A stretch of DNA of 59,405 nucleotides, the filler included, from Jimgerdemannia flammicorona (taxonomy: Eukaryota), in NCBI GenBank assembly GCA_003990765.1. It is 2 parts of 2 records of this genome, joined end to end, with 100 filler letters (N's around TTAATTAATTAA, not from the genome) between each part and the next. Parts side by side here need not be neighbours in the genome. Positions count along the whole stretch, not along the records: positions 29,763 to 59,405 come from RBNJ01000481.1; 1 more part is not named here. The stretch is one strand, 5' to 3'. This document shows positions 35,457 to 48,400 of the stretch, in pieces (positions within the stretch are counted from its first letter, which is position 1; the number at the start of each line of letters is the position of its first letter). Under the pieces are notes generated by a model. The model was not told the origin of the DNA and did no database searches. It saw only the letters and a list, made by a program, of their open reading frames with translations. Made by a program: the position numbers and the translations under genes.

Positions 35457-38400
35457 GCATACAATCTGTCCTTATAGTAGATAGTATTGTCCTTCAGTTA
35501 GTATTGATAATATCAGGTATATATGCTTGTCAATATCATCACTGCTTAGAATTTCTCAAAGTACTTGAGCTTCTTTATCATCAGTACATACTGTAATGAT
35601 TTATTTCATGATAGAGTTGGTAACCAAGATGAGGGTTTGGATAACCTCTTTGATTGGTGGTCTGGAGATTACATCAGCAATAATATTTTTCTTGCCAGAG
35701 TGATACTGGATTTTATAGTCAAAGTTGGTGAGAACTTTCATCCATCTGGCTTACTTTTGAGAAAGAGTAGCCTGGGTCTTGATGTTGACTAATAATTTGT
35801 AGTCAGCCAATATAGTAAAGTATACTTCTTTAAAATAGGGTCACTATTTAATCAGAATATCTATGATGACTAGTATTTCCTTCTTATAGGTTACATAGTT
35901 AATTTTGACATCATTGAACTTACAAGAATAATAGGCCACAGGGTGTCCTTCTTATATGAGCACTGCTCCAAGAGCTAGGTCAGAGGTATCAGTGATAACT
36001 TCATATGATAGAGCAGGATTTGCTACTTAAAGTACTAGAGTGATTATTAAGATATCTTTTAATACTTAAAGGGCTGTATCTTATTCAGGTTCCCAATTTG
36101 CAAGATTGTTGAAGTTTTTTTCTTATTTTATGGTCCAGAACTGTTCTTCTTTCTTACTGTACTTGGTCATTTGGGTAAGGACAGTAGTGATTTTGGTGAA
36201 GTTAGCAATAAATTACTAGTAATAGTTTGCTAATCCCAGAAATAACTGTAGGTCCTTCAGCTTCTTAGATCTAGACCAATCCTTGATTGCAGATATTTTG
36301 CTGGGGTCTACTTTAATTCTATTCAGTATAACAATATATCTAAGGAATTGAATTTTCTTCAGAAGAAATTTATACTTATTGAGTTTTGCAAAGAGTTAGT
36401 TTTCTCAGAGTTTTAGTAGTACTAGTTCAAGATGTTCAAGATGTTTCTTCAGAGTTTTGCTAAAGACTAAGATATTATCAATATAGATAATAATAAATTT
36501 ATCCAGATATGAGTATAGGATGGTATTCATCAGTGTCTGAAAGATTGTAGGAGTATTAGTTAAGCCAAAGGATATAACCAAGAACTTGAAATATTCATAG
36601 TGAGTTCAAAAGGCTGTCTTATAGACATCTTCTTCTTTTATAGCAATTTGTCAGTAACCATTTTACAGATCAAAAGAACTCATAAATTGTGGGTTGATAA
36701 GTCTATCAAATATTTTATTGATTCAGAGTAGTGGGCAACAGTTTTTGATGGTCTGTTCATTGAGGTCTTGGTAATCAATATACATTCATAGATCTTCTTC
36801 TTTCTTGACAATAAAGAGGACTAGTATACTATAAGATAATACACTGGGTCTAATGAATCCTTATTCTAGGAGTTCATTGATCTCTTTCTTGAGTATATCA
36901 ATTTCTCTCAGAGATATATAATAGATTGACTTGGCATCTGGGATAGTCTTAATGGCATAGTCTACTGCTCATTTAGATGGTAGGCCTTTTGAGAGTTTCT
37001 TTGAGAATATATCTCAGAATTTCTAAAGTAAGGGTCTAATATAGCTGTCAACTTTGGAAAAGTCTTCTTTAAGGTTCTTGGGTTTTCCTTTGGATGGTCA
37101 GATGGAGATAGCAAAGAGAGGGCATTTCTTAAACAATTTCTTGAGTTATAGTCTATTGATATAAGTAATCTTTAGTCTAGGGTTACTAAAACTGAGTGAG
37201 TCTTTTTTACCTTACAGTTTGAAGTTGTGGCATCCTTTCTTGATGGTCAGAGAATGGTTTACCCAATTGATCATGGGATTCTCTTGTTTTAACCATGGGG
37301 TTCTAAGGATGATTTTATTGTCAGGAAGTGGTACAATCTGGAGGGTAACATATACTCAGTAGTCACCAATTTGGAAGAGTAGGTTGCAGACTTCCTTATT
37401 AATGATATGTATAAGAGATTCTATCAGCTGTAACAACTGTTTGAGTCTGTTGTACTGGAGAGGTCAGGACCTTGAGTCTATTGGCTGTTTCTTTATTGAT
37501 AAAATTGCTTGAGGCACCACTGTCTATTATAATCTTGACAGAGGATCAATTGACAAAAGCTTGGGGTATAAGTAGTTTGTCTGATCTAATGGTGGTAATT
37601 TCAGTTATAAGAGCTTTCCTTCTATTGGTTCTTCTTTGGATCAGTTTATTGATACAAAAGAAGTAATTATCAATTATTTGGAAAGAGTATATTCTAATAT
37701 CATAGGGGTATTAGCTACTTGGTATAAATCTATCTTTGATTTTCTTATAGAATTATTCTTTCTTGTTTGATGAGTCAAATCCTTTGGATTCTTGGATAGT
37801 GGGTAGTAGTTCAGAAACTTCTTTGACTATCAGAGTTGACTTGATTTTTTCAAATAGAATCTGAGTGATACAAAAACTAATGGAGATCTTGAATAGTGTC
37901 CAACTATAGTTTCAGATGAGAACAATGATTTCACCTGTATAATTCTCATCAATGACTCCTCCTTCTACTGAGAGTTCTTTCAATACTAGGCTGCTACAAT
38001 AGTATATTCTTTCAATATATTCTTCAGAGATTTGGATGCTGATTCCTATATAGATTTGTTTGACTTCTCAGTTGAAAACTGTAGCTTCTTTGGCTATATA
38101 TATCCAGTAGCTTTTTAACTTCCTTTGGATGGGGCCTTAGCAGTTGGCCTTAACTTGACAAAGTCTAGTGTTTTGGTAGTCAGATTGTTGAGATAGTACA
38201 GAGTAGTAGCAGTTGCTTATATTGCTGTTCAGGGTTTTCAGTTAGGGCAAACACTGGCTATGTGTCCTGTCTTTTAGCAATAAAAGCATACTCCACTTCT
38301 ATAAAGTTCATTTCTTTCTCCTTTAGTGTATTTCTTAAAAATACTTAGCTGGGTAGGTTTAGGATTTTGGAGTATCCAAGAGATGAATGTAGAGAGAGCT

Positions 38401-41400
38401 TGGGATGCTTCATGCTTGAGTTCTTCTTTCTTGGTCTAAGTTTTTTCCTTGTTGTTGAATTGTCTTTGAGGCAGAATTGGTCTAGCTGTTAGGATTTGCT
38501 TGACCATAGTCTTGATTCTTACCAGGTACTATTATTGGTGATCACAACCAACTAGGCATCCTTGTTCTTGGATTTTTCTTGTAAGCCATTCAGATAGTAT
38601 ATTAAATAAATGGTCTACTCTTATACTATTTCATACTTCATCATTGGCAATATATTCTAGGCCAATAGTATTCAGAAGTGACTCAAGTTTTATATAGAAG
38701 ATTTTGAATTCCTTCTTACCATATATATCAAATTTGAGATTGTGGAGTTTAACTCAAGATTTGGCAATTAGAGTTTTACTATAGTATTGAGCAATTATGA
38801 GTTATTTGAGTCCAAGGACTACAGGATAGGCTCTATATTCTGAGATATTATTTGCTGTATTTTGGGTAACAACTGTAGGTCAGGTGTCTTATGTGAGGAG
38901 TTTTTCAGGAAGAGTTCACTACCATTCTTTGGCAGGTCCTTAGAAGAATATAACAACTCAACAGACATAGGCTGTAGTAGTAGCAAAGAGTTATTCCAGA
39001 GTGTAGTATTGATTGTTTATCAGGAGATAGTTAGTGACTTGCTCATTAGTCCATTGATTGGCTTCAAAGTTAATATCAACTATATTAATGAAGCTTTGGA
39101 CTTCTTGTGTAGTACTATTAAAGGTAGATAAGCTCAGATTTTTTGTTGATCAGGTCTGTTTGGCTAAGGTGGTAATGGTTGCTACCATTTTGACTACTTG
39201 TGCTATAAGATCTAGAATTTGTTGGTTTGCCATGTTGTTTACTGGAGGTAGTTGAACTACTGATAGTAGTATTACTAGTATAACTTAAGGTACTGGTACA
39301 GAGTATGATAGTGTTCTTTGAGTCTATGTAAGTTGCTAGAGTAATAGTTGTGGATCTGGAGTAAGGACTCAATAGGTAGCTATTGGTTACTATATAGGTG
39401 TATTCTGTTCTGATGGAGATATGTCTCCCTCAGTAGTATATCTGGGATTGAATTCACTGAAATACTCCTCCTCCTCTTGGCTTTGGTCTCTGTATAGTTG
39501 AGTTTACTCAGTATTAAAGTAGACAGAATTAGTTGTATTTTGGATTTCAAATAGGCTTAATTCAGATTCAGGTTCTGGTTCAATATTGGTCTCAGTTTCA
39601 GATAGAGTTATAGCTAGACCTGCTTCTGGTTTAGGATTAGGTTATTGATGAAGTATTTCTCTTGTTTCTTCCTTAAGAATATAGTAGACATTGTAATTCT
39701 GAAAGCAGTAGTATAAGGTAGTCTTAGTCCTGGTATGGTGAAAGTCAGTAGAATTGAGCCACTTGGCTATAGAGGCTTGGGTTTTATAAGGAACTAAGGC
39801 TAGAAAGACTACTACTGGTTATCTTAGATTACTCAGATTTGTAGAGCTGATAAAACACTTATTGAGAAGAGTAAAGAAGACTTTTATAAGACCTTCTTCA
39901 TCTTAACTTGCAGGGAATAGAGTAAGAATTTTGGTATATAGAGTTTCATCTATCTGCTGATTTAATTGGAGTACTTTTTTTTGTAAATAAAGTCTATCTC
40001 ACTTGTTACAGATATGGAGGTCAAATTGTCCTATACATTAGATTCAATTCTCTTCAAATTGGCAGATAGTTCAGGATAAATTCCAGTTCAGAGGTTAGGT
40101 TTTATACCAACTTATAAGAATTCTTAAAGAGATTTATAATGGGGTGAGGAAGTATCTTGAAGTAGAATTGGATTATAAATCACTACTACTAAGTTGTACA
40201 TAAGAGGGTTACTTATTAGGATAATCATTACATAGTTCTGAAAGAGTTTTCTGAAAGTTCTGGATATTCTGAAAGATTGTTTTCTTAAGATCAAGATCAA
40301 TTTTATATAGAGTACATCCTCTATACTTATTGATTTCAAGATCAGATTGATGTCTCAACTAAAGTCTTTTTTTGGACTAGTTCTGGATGTTCAGGATTTT
40401 CTATATTTCAGGAAGTTCAAGAAACTAAAACCAGCTTAGTTGAATTAGCATATCACTATAGACAATACCTAATTAGGAAATTTCATAATAGGGTTAGAAG
40501 TAGGACCTAACCAGGAGCAGATTTACTTAAGAGTAGTTTGTGGGTTATTAAATAGATTTATTTGCTATTCATGATATTGCTATATTAAGAGTAATTGTAT
40601 GAAGAGATATTATGGAGAAGTATTTAGGAGTTGTGTTCAAATTGTTCTATATACATATTCAAGTCTGAGATTCTGAGGTCTGGGGGAAAGAGTATTTATA
40701 CTAGTAAGAGGCTATCTGGACTATATTAAATATAGATATAGCACTTAGTACCTTGTTAAGTCAGAATACAGTCACATAGTACAAGTGTGATCTGACATAT
40801 CAAGAGATCATCTGACTGCTAAGTTAATTCATAGTTACATCATATAAGGCTAATCTAACTTTACTAATAACTGCTAGACTATCTATAGATTTAGATACTA
40901 TCTGGGTAGTTTTCAATGATATCACTATTAATGATATCATCTCTGATGAAGTAGTCATCTAGGAAGAGTGGTTCTCAGATTACTTCTCTCTGTTTGCTAA
41001 GATAATAATACATTGAGACTTTATTACTATCCCCCAAGATAGTATCATCTGTCTCATATACTGGGTATAGAGTTAGTGGACAAAGGAGGGATACATCATT
41101 TTCACTTTCATTGGATTTTCTGTCTGTATACTTTCTATAGGTTATGGTACTATAAGTTGTAGAGTTGTAGTATGCTAATAGTTATGCTTCATATCACTCA
41201 TACTTAGATGATAGGGTTGTTGGTTTAATCTCAAGAGTTATCTGGAGATATAGGTTATATTCTCTAATCTCTTCATTATAGTTAAAGTAATTGGAGGTGA
41301 ATGCAGATTAGTACTTATGCTAGTGGTCATTATCTCAATAGGTCTTATAGATAGTTATAAACTATTATAAATTCATCAGTAAGATTGGCAGAGTGATCAG

Positions 41401-42288
41401 AGTTGGTAGAGATCCTTAGCTCAAGATCATATCAGTATCAGAGAGATCATTATCTTCTACTTCATTATTGTCAAATTGGATTATATCATAGATGTTTTTC
41501 ATAGCATATCCAACTTGAAGCATTTGTAGAATGTGGTCATCAGGATGCAGAAAGGTTCTGTTTATAGTTTAAATATACTTGATATACTTGTAGTTGAGTT
41601 CTTATACCATATTGTCAATTTGGCCATAGGACAGAGTGGTAACTATTTCAGTAGTAATAACTTGAAGACAGGGGATAAAGGTACTATACTCATATATAGA
41701 AGAGTTCTTGATGTTTACATGTGATGAGTTTTTGATATTAAGACATCTGAGTAATATTTGTATCATGGTAATGTTCAATTATGTCTTTTAGGAGATGGTC
41801 AATCTGATAGTAGCATAAAATTTATCTGATGTGGTAGACTTCACTAAGTATGTTCAGGGCATTTCATCAGGCTTCTATGAAGTAGAGAGGTGTGAGGCTA
41901 TAGATATTCATAAGGGGTAGAGGGGGTGTGGCTTGGTTGACAATAGCATTCTAAATATCAGTATAGATATGATTGTAGATCTCAGTGGTTATGTTTGTAT
42001 ATATGTTCAAGAGTTGGAGTTGTTTGTTTGGTTTATTATAGTTCTGTTTTGATATATCTAAGTACTTGATATATATATATTCAGTCTTGATTGGTAAGAT
42101 TCTGTTTATATGAATCTTGTGTTTTATGACTTTGAGTTGACTCAGCTTTATATATTATAACTTTGGTTTGACTTAGCTTTGTAATCTTACATGTAATTTC
42201 TGGATTTGTTCAGAGGTCATGTGTGATTTCAGTGGCTTATTCAGAGAGTGATGTATGATTCCCGTAACTTAGGGGTTGTGTACTTATA
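35457..42288 (-). mobile_element. Family-1 chromovirus copy 2 (5' LTR 40195-42288 plus gag, dUTPase, PR, RT, RH), more heavily mutated and cut at LINE-C
   Basis: Collinear with 19918-26725; LTR end TTACA mutated to TTATA; ~32-bp tandem duplication near 42209-42271. Confidence 0.95.
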
Positions 42289-42329
42289 GTTCATTTCTAT
42301 ACCATCTGCTGTTAATTAGTTATTCTAGT

Positions 42330-43500
42330 TATTAGTCTCATTTCTGTGAACTATTGGTATTGAATAATAGATGCTCTATAAAGGACCATATCATTGAGTT
42401 AATAGTTAGGTTACTTCTTAGTTCAAGAGATAATATTATAAGAATTAATCACTGAAAAATACTAAATAAATCACTATGCTAAACAAGACTACTGTACAGA
42501 CTGAAGCTGTTCTATGACATATGATTTACCATCTCATAATATATAATTTGCTGCTATTTGACTTTTGAAGATATAACTCATTAACCACACTTAATGAGCC
42601 TAGAAGCTATCCTGCAATATATGATTTGCTATCTGACTTTTGAAGATATGATCTATCTCATAATATACTTATAATTTAACTTTTAAAGATATGACTCATT
42701 ATCTATACTCAATGAGTCTGAAAGCTGTTTCACAATATATAAATACCACCCATCATATATTGTATTTGTCTCTGCACTATCTGCTATTTATTGGTTATTT
42801 TGGTTGTCAGCCTTATTTCTGTAAATCATTGATATTGAACAATAGATACTCTATAAAAAACTGTATCATTTAGTTAATAGCTGAATTACTCTTTAGTTCA
42901 AGAGACAATGTTACAAGAATTAATTGCTGAAAAATGCTAAATAAACTACTATACCAAATAAGACCATTATATAGACTGAAGCTATCCTGTGATATATGAT
43001 TTATCATCCTATAACATATGATTTACTACTACTTAACTTTTGAAGATATGATCTGTTAACTGCACTTGATGAGTCTAGAAGCTATTCTATAATATATGAT
43101 TTACTATCCAACTTTTGAAGATATGATCCATCTCATGATATATAATTTGCTGCTGTCTGACTTTTGAAGATACTGTCATTCAACTTTTGATAATATATGA
43201 ATGGATTGTAATAAAAAAATAAAAAACATCATATATGAACTATCTGAGTTAATTATTTGAAAAATACTATCCAATATATAAATACTTCCCAACTTTTAAA
43301 AATACAAACCACTACCTGATATATGAATGTCATCTAACTTTTGAAGATACAAACTACCACCTGATATATAAACAGACCAATACTGCTACCACCTGATTTT
43401 TGAACTCAATTTTGAAGATACTATTATCTGACTTTTGACAACATATGCACTACCATCTGAATTAATTATTTGAAGACTTTTTAGGATCTTGAAAAACATT
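42330..43500. repeat. Degenerate ~475-bp tandem duplication with a recurring ACTTTTGAAGATA motif
   Basis: 42341-42680 matches 42816-43150. The motif or close variants occur at ~42561, 42636, 42679, 43037, 43111, 43160, 43337 and 43408. Confidence 0.8.
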
Positions 43501-43894
43501 CTGACAATGGCTTAGATATATTACAAATATATTTATTATCACATAGTAGTTGCTGAGTCCTTCAAATATACCAGATTCTCTTCAAGGTATATCTCTTAGA
43601 CTAACTCAAGTTTATTATAAGTAAGTTCTTATTGGAGTACCTTCCCAAGGTCTTATAGTCCTCAAACTTCTTATCTTTAACTGTCTTGTTATCTCTTAGA
43701 TTGCTTACAAGGGATTGTATATAAGTGAACTGGAACTGACTTTATTTCAGAGAAAATAAGAGAAGTATTTATACAAAATATAATTCAATGGTTGTTAAGA
43801 TATAAAGCTAAATATAAATTTCAATAACTAAAATAAAATACCAGGATAGAAAAAACTGCTAAGTTCTAGGATCAGCACTGATGGTTGTACAGGT

Positions 43895-43990
43895 TCAGAA
43901 TACTGGTATAATTCAGTATCATATCAGAATACCAGTGCTGACATTATTTAGTATTATATCAAAATACCAGTGCTGGCATTATTCAGTGTA
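43895..43990. repeat. ~35-bp tandem repeats in family-2 U3 between the ORF and the TATA box (also ~51163-51258)
   Basis: About 3 units of atca(g/a)aataccagtgctg(a/g)cattatt(t/c)agt. Confidence 0.75.
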
Positions 43991-44000
43991 ATCAAGGGAC

Positions 44001-44996
44001 TTAGAGCAGAATGTTCAAGACTATAGGGGCTTCATCATCAGAGGTCAGGATGTCTTCAAAGGAGATAAGGTCCATGAATATCTCATCTGTCTTATCATTG
44101 TTATTACATAAGTCATATATTTCACATACTTCGCATACTTTATTGTACATCTCATGTATATTATATAGGATGACATTATCACTGATGACATCATCACATT
44201 TGGCAGCAGAAAAATCAGGAGCTCTCTAATCTATGAGGTTCTCTTCTACAAAATAAGGAACAAATGTGGGGTCATAGAGGGGTCTAACCTGGATACTTGG
44301 GCCTTGGAATACTGAGATCAATCCTTGTAGGAATTGGTCTGAGTTATCCTGAAGGATGGAATGTCAGAAGTCTTCTACTTTATCACTATTGAGGGTGATA
44401 GTGGACTGGGTTTCTGTAGCAACCTTAGCTTCTAGTACATTGATATGGTGGGATGACAGGTCTCTGAAATCTGAGACTCTAATATACTCTAAGTTAGGGA
44501 TCAACCATGGTGTATATCTGAAGATCTGATAGATCTTCTTAGCTGTCCTTATTTTGCATATATCCATAGGAGTGGCATCTTGTAGCTCTTGAGTGCTGGC
44601 CTGTGGGAACTCCTGGCAGAGGAGGTTTCCTATTTCATATTCCTGCCATATTTGGAGGCATTCAGTAGCAATAGTGATCCTGGTTTCTATTTCACAGCAG
44701 TAGAGGATATAGTGATAAGGGTCACTAGTACCTAGGTTGATACTAGGAGTCCTTCTTGAGCAGATCCTCATGGCTCTTCTGATGTCTTGGAACATCCTTT
44801 CTTCAACCAAGGTGTCTTGATGATTCCTTGACCTTGAGGTTTGGCAGGCAGCAGGCATTTCATTTGTAGTGAGTTTTTGAGCTATTTTGAGATTGGTGGG
44901 TCTTGTTGGTTACTGTTACTGCAGTTCCTTGATCCTTCTTTTATATTTCTCAAGATGCTTGTACTGTAGTCACAATGACTCACAGTTGGTCATCAT
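44001..44996 (-). pseudogene. Family-2 U3-encoded accessory ORF (~331 codons reconstructed), 3' LTR copy
   Basis: One frame from ATG 44996 through the 164-aa ORF (44858-44364) to TAA at 44001-44003. It is interrupted only by TGA/TAA/TAG codons one transition away from sense codons. Acidic C-terminus. Confidence 0.8.
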
Positions 44997-45259
44997 TACT
45001 CATCTTGTATACTATATAATCTTCTTGTACTCCAATCTGGTGGCTTGTAAGGAAAGACTATCTCCTATGCTGATGTCATTATTTTGGAGTTACTGTTACA
45101 TCTTCCTTCTGAATAAGAATCTTCTTGAGTATCCTTTATTCATTGGTCTAGTCCTGAAAAATTTGCTGATTCCATAACCTCTGACAAGGGGTTAAAAAGT
45201 GGTGTTTATGGGCTGATGTCTTCTCTTTATATTTTGGCATGATAGTGAAGAGTTGCTCC

Positions 45260-45268
45260 CTTTATATA
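45260..45268 (-). promoter_or_regulatory. Candidate internal TATA box (TATATAAAG) upstream of the PPT and 3' LTR ORF
   Basis: Consensus TATAWAAR in the non-coding interval after integrase, ~265 nt upstream of ATG 44996. Confidence 0.5.
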
Positions 45269-45465
45269 GAGCAAGGGCCTGATTCTGATCTTGATCAATC
45301 AGTTGACAGTTCAAACTCCTCTGGCTTTGAAAGTCTCACAGACAAGTAGTTACTGGTGCCATATCTCTTAGAGAATGGTCCAGACAGATAGCCTACTGGT
45401 CATGAGATATGCTGTTATAATTCGTGGACTAGAACCTCACAGGTGATCATCACATTTTACTTCTC

Positions 45466-48400
45466 TTATATAGGTTTGTGGTACTTCTTGAGTCTGTTCC
45501 TATGTACTATGGTAGGCAGTATGGTCCCTGAGATTTTTCTAAGCCAGAAGGTAGTTCTCTTGATATCTTGCACATAGAAGGGTCCTTTCCTTTTGGGCTC
45601 CAGTTTTCATAACCATGAGGCTTCTACCATATTTTGATACAGTAGAATCTTTTCTCCAATTTGGATGAGTTCTAGGGTCTTGTGATTCTTTTCTACATTC
45701 TTCCTTATCAGTGCTTGTAACTTGATGATATAATCTTCAGCCATCTTCCTTATTTGGTATAGTCTCCAGATTTCTGCATCAACCTGTCTCCAAGTTAGGT
45801 CTAGATTTGTGGCTGAGATTCCATTAGAATCTTCTTCTCTGAAGAGCAGTTCCCTTAGGGTAAAGTGTGTGCTCTGTGACCATATGTCTCATAGAATAGA
45901 GAGGGTAGTTGAGAGATAGTTATCTCAATTCTCATATGTCTCTAAGATCTTCACCAGAATATTCTTGAGGGTCTTATTGGTTCTCTCTGTCTGTCCATTT
46001 CCTTGAGGGTGGTATGCAGTGGTCTTGATGTACTGGATCTTATATTTCTGATATATTATCTTATAGAATCTATTGAAAAATTCTGTGCCATAGTCTGTTG
46101 TGATTTGCTTTGGTATCTTGTAGTGGCAGATGATTTCTCAGTATAGGAAGTTAGCTATAGAGAGGGCATTGGCTTCTTGTAATACTCCTACTTCTATCTA
46201 TTTAGTGAAGAGGTCTACAATAACTATAATATAGTGATTTCCTGATAGTATTACTAGTAGTGGCCCAATGATATCTATTGCAATATGGTGGAAGAGGATA
46301 GGCTCAATTCTTGATGACCCAGGTGTCTGGTCTTGCTGATCTTATTTCTGTTTTTGGCACTTGTCACACCCTTTGATAAATTGGTGTAGGTCTTCTTCTA
46401 TTTTGGGCCACCATATGTTTCTTCTTGCTTTGTTATATGTGTTGGTTCCTTCTAGATGTCCTTACTCATGTACTTCCTTCATTACTTAATATTTCTTGTG
46501 TTTGAGTATTACTAGCTTTCCTCCTTTTCTGAGTGTAGTGTTGTCTAGTTCAAACTATTTCTAAGTCTGGTTGATGATGGTAATTGTCCAGGGTTTGAGG
46601 TGGTTAGACATCTTCTACTGCCCAAGATAGCTAATTAACCCATAGTATAGCTCTTTATTCATATTGTATAATCTTGATGGGGATATTTCAGGGTATCCTT
46701 GAGAGTGTATCAGCATTGGTGTTGGTTCTTCCTGAGTGGTGCTTGATAGTACAGTCATACTCTTGCAGTCTGTAGATCTATCTGACATATATTCCTTTGG
46801 AGTTCAGAGTGTGGAATAGCCAGGTAAGAGCAGAATGGTCTATTTAAATAGTAAAGTATTTCCTGGCTAGGTAGTAGTGGAACTTGTCTACTGCCCAAAC
46901 TACTGCTAAGCATTTGAGCTTGCATGACTTGTAGTTCTGTTCTGCTCTATAGATGCCTTGGCTTGTATAGGAGATGACATATTTATATCCATCTTTCTTC
47001 TAAGCTAGGACTGCTCCAAGTCCTATAGCACTTGTATCTGTCTGTAGGATGAATTCTAGGTTCCAATCTGGTCTTCTGAGGATAGGTGCTTGGGTCAATC
47101 TGGTCTTGAGTTCATTGAAGGTTTCTTGGTATTCCTTGGTCCATTCAAATTTGATTTCCTTCTTCAGTAGCTTGTAGATAGGTACTATAATGTTGGAGTA
47201 TCCTTTGATAAACCTTCTGTAGTAGCTGGCCAGTCCAAGGAAGGTATGGACTTCTGTAGTCATTCTAGGTCTCAGGTAGACTGCAATAGCCTCAATTTTT
47301 ATAGGATCTGTGTAGATTCTGGTCTGGTTGATAAGGTGTCCTAGATAGGCAATTTCTTGAGCTGTAAACTTACATTTCTTTGGCTTGATGTAAAGGCCAT
47401 GCTCCTTGAGCTTCTTGAGGGCTAGCTGTATGTGGTTGACATATTCCTATACAGTATTGCTGAAGATAATTACATCATCAATATAGACAAAGAGCTATTT
47501 TCCAATCTCATTGCTAAAGACTCTGTTCATTATTTGCTAAAAACTTGCTGGGGCATTGCACATTCCAAATGGCATTTGCAGATATATATAGGTGGCATTA
47601 GGTGTGATGAAAGCTGATTTCTCACTGACATCTTGAGTGAGACCAATCTGATGGAAGCCTGAGAACAGATCCAAGGTGGTGTAGTATTTGGCTTCACTTC
47701 TAAGGGTGGTAAGGATTTCTTGAATATTTGGCAAAAGCTGTCTATCCTTCTTGGTGGTGGCATTGAGCTTCTTGTAGTCAATGCAGAGTCTTGGCACAAA
47801 CTCTCCAGACTTACTTCCTTTCGTTAGGGCAAGGATAATGGGTGAGGTCCAGGGGCTGATAGCTTGTTTGATGATTCTAGCTTCTTCTATTTCCTTGAGT
47901 TCTGCTCACAGCCATTCTCTGTAGGCAGGTAGTATAGATCTGACTTTCTGGTAGATGGGTTTGGTATCACCAGTGTCAACTTTGTGATAGTACTTGGGTT
48001 CTTGATTGTGGATATCTCTAAAGTCTGTAGCAAGTACTCCTTCATTCTGGTGCAGGATCTTGAGAAGTTGTTCCTCTAGGGGAAAGTTTTCTCCAATGGT
48101 ATATGTGTGCTTATTCTGGTCCTTGTTTTTCTTGTATTCAAGTTCAGTAATCTTGGTAGCAGTATAGGCTCCTCTTCCAGTAGATCCAAAGTCTTGTTCT
48201 CCTCTCTTGGTCTTGATGAGTTTGATGGCTTCAATGATCTTGGATTTCTTGATTTTGTGAATCAGCATCTGGCCAATCCTGTTATGCTTCTTGACTTCGA
48301 ATGAGGTGGTGGGGTTGTGATTTCTGACTATGAGAAAGATCTCACTAGTATAATTAGAGTCAATTACTCCTCCTTTAACTGAGAATTCACTTTTGGCCAA

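Larger units (their letters stand above)
43537..45100 (-). repeat. Family-2 3' LTR (1564 bp)
   Basis: Direct repeat of 50805-52369; TATAAATA at 43773-43766. Confidence 0.93.

Noticed and set aside
42530..43450. Repeated ACTTTTGAAGATA with variable spacers, superficially CRISPR-like
   Set aside because: Eukaryotic context, degenerate repeats, irregular spacing, spacers that are themselves duplicated, and no cas genes.
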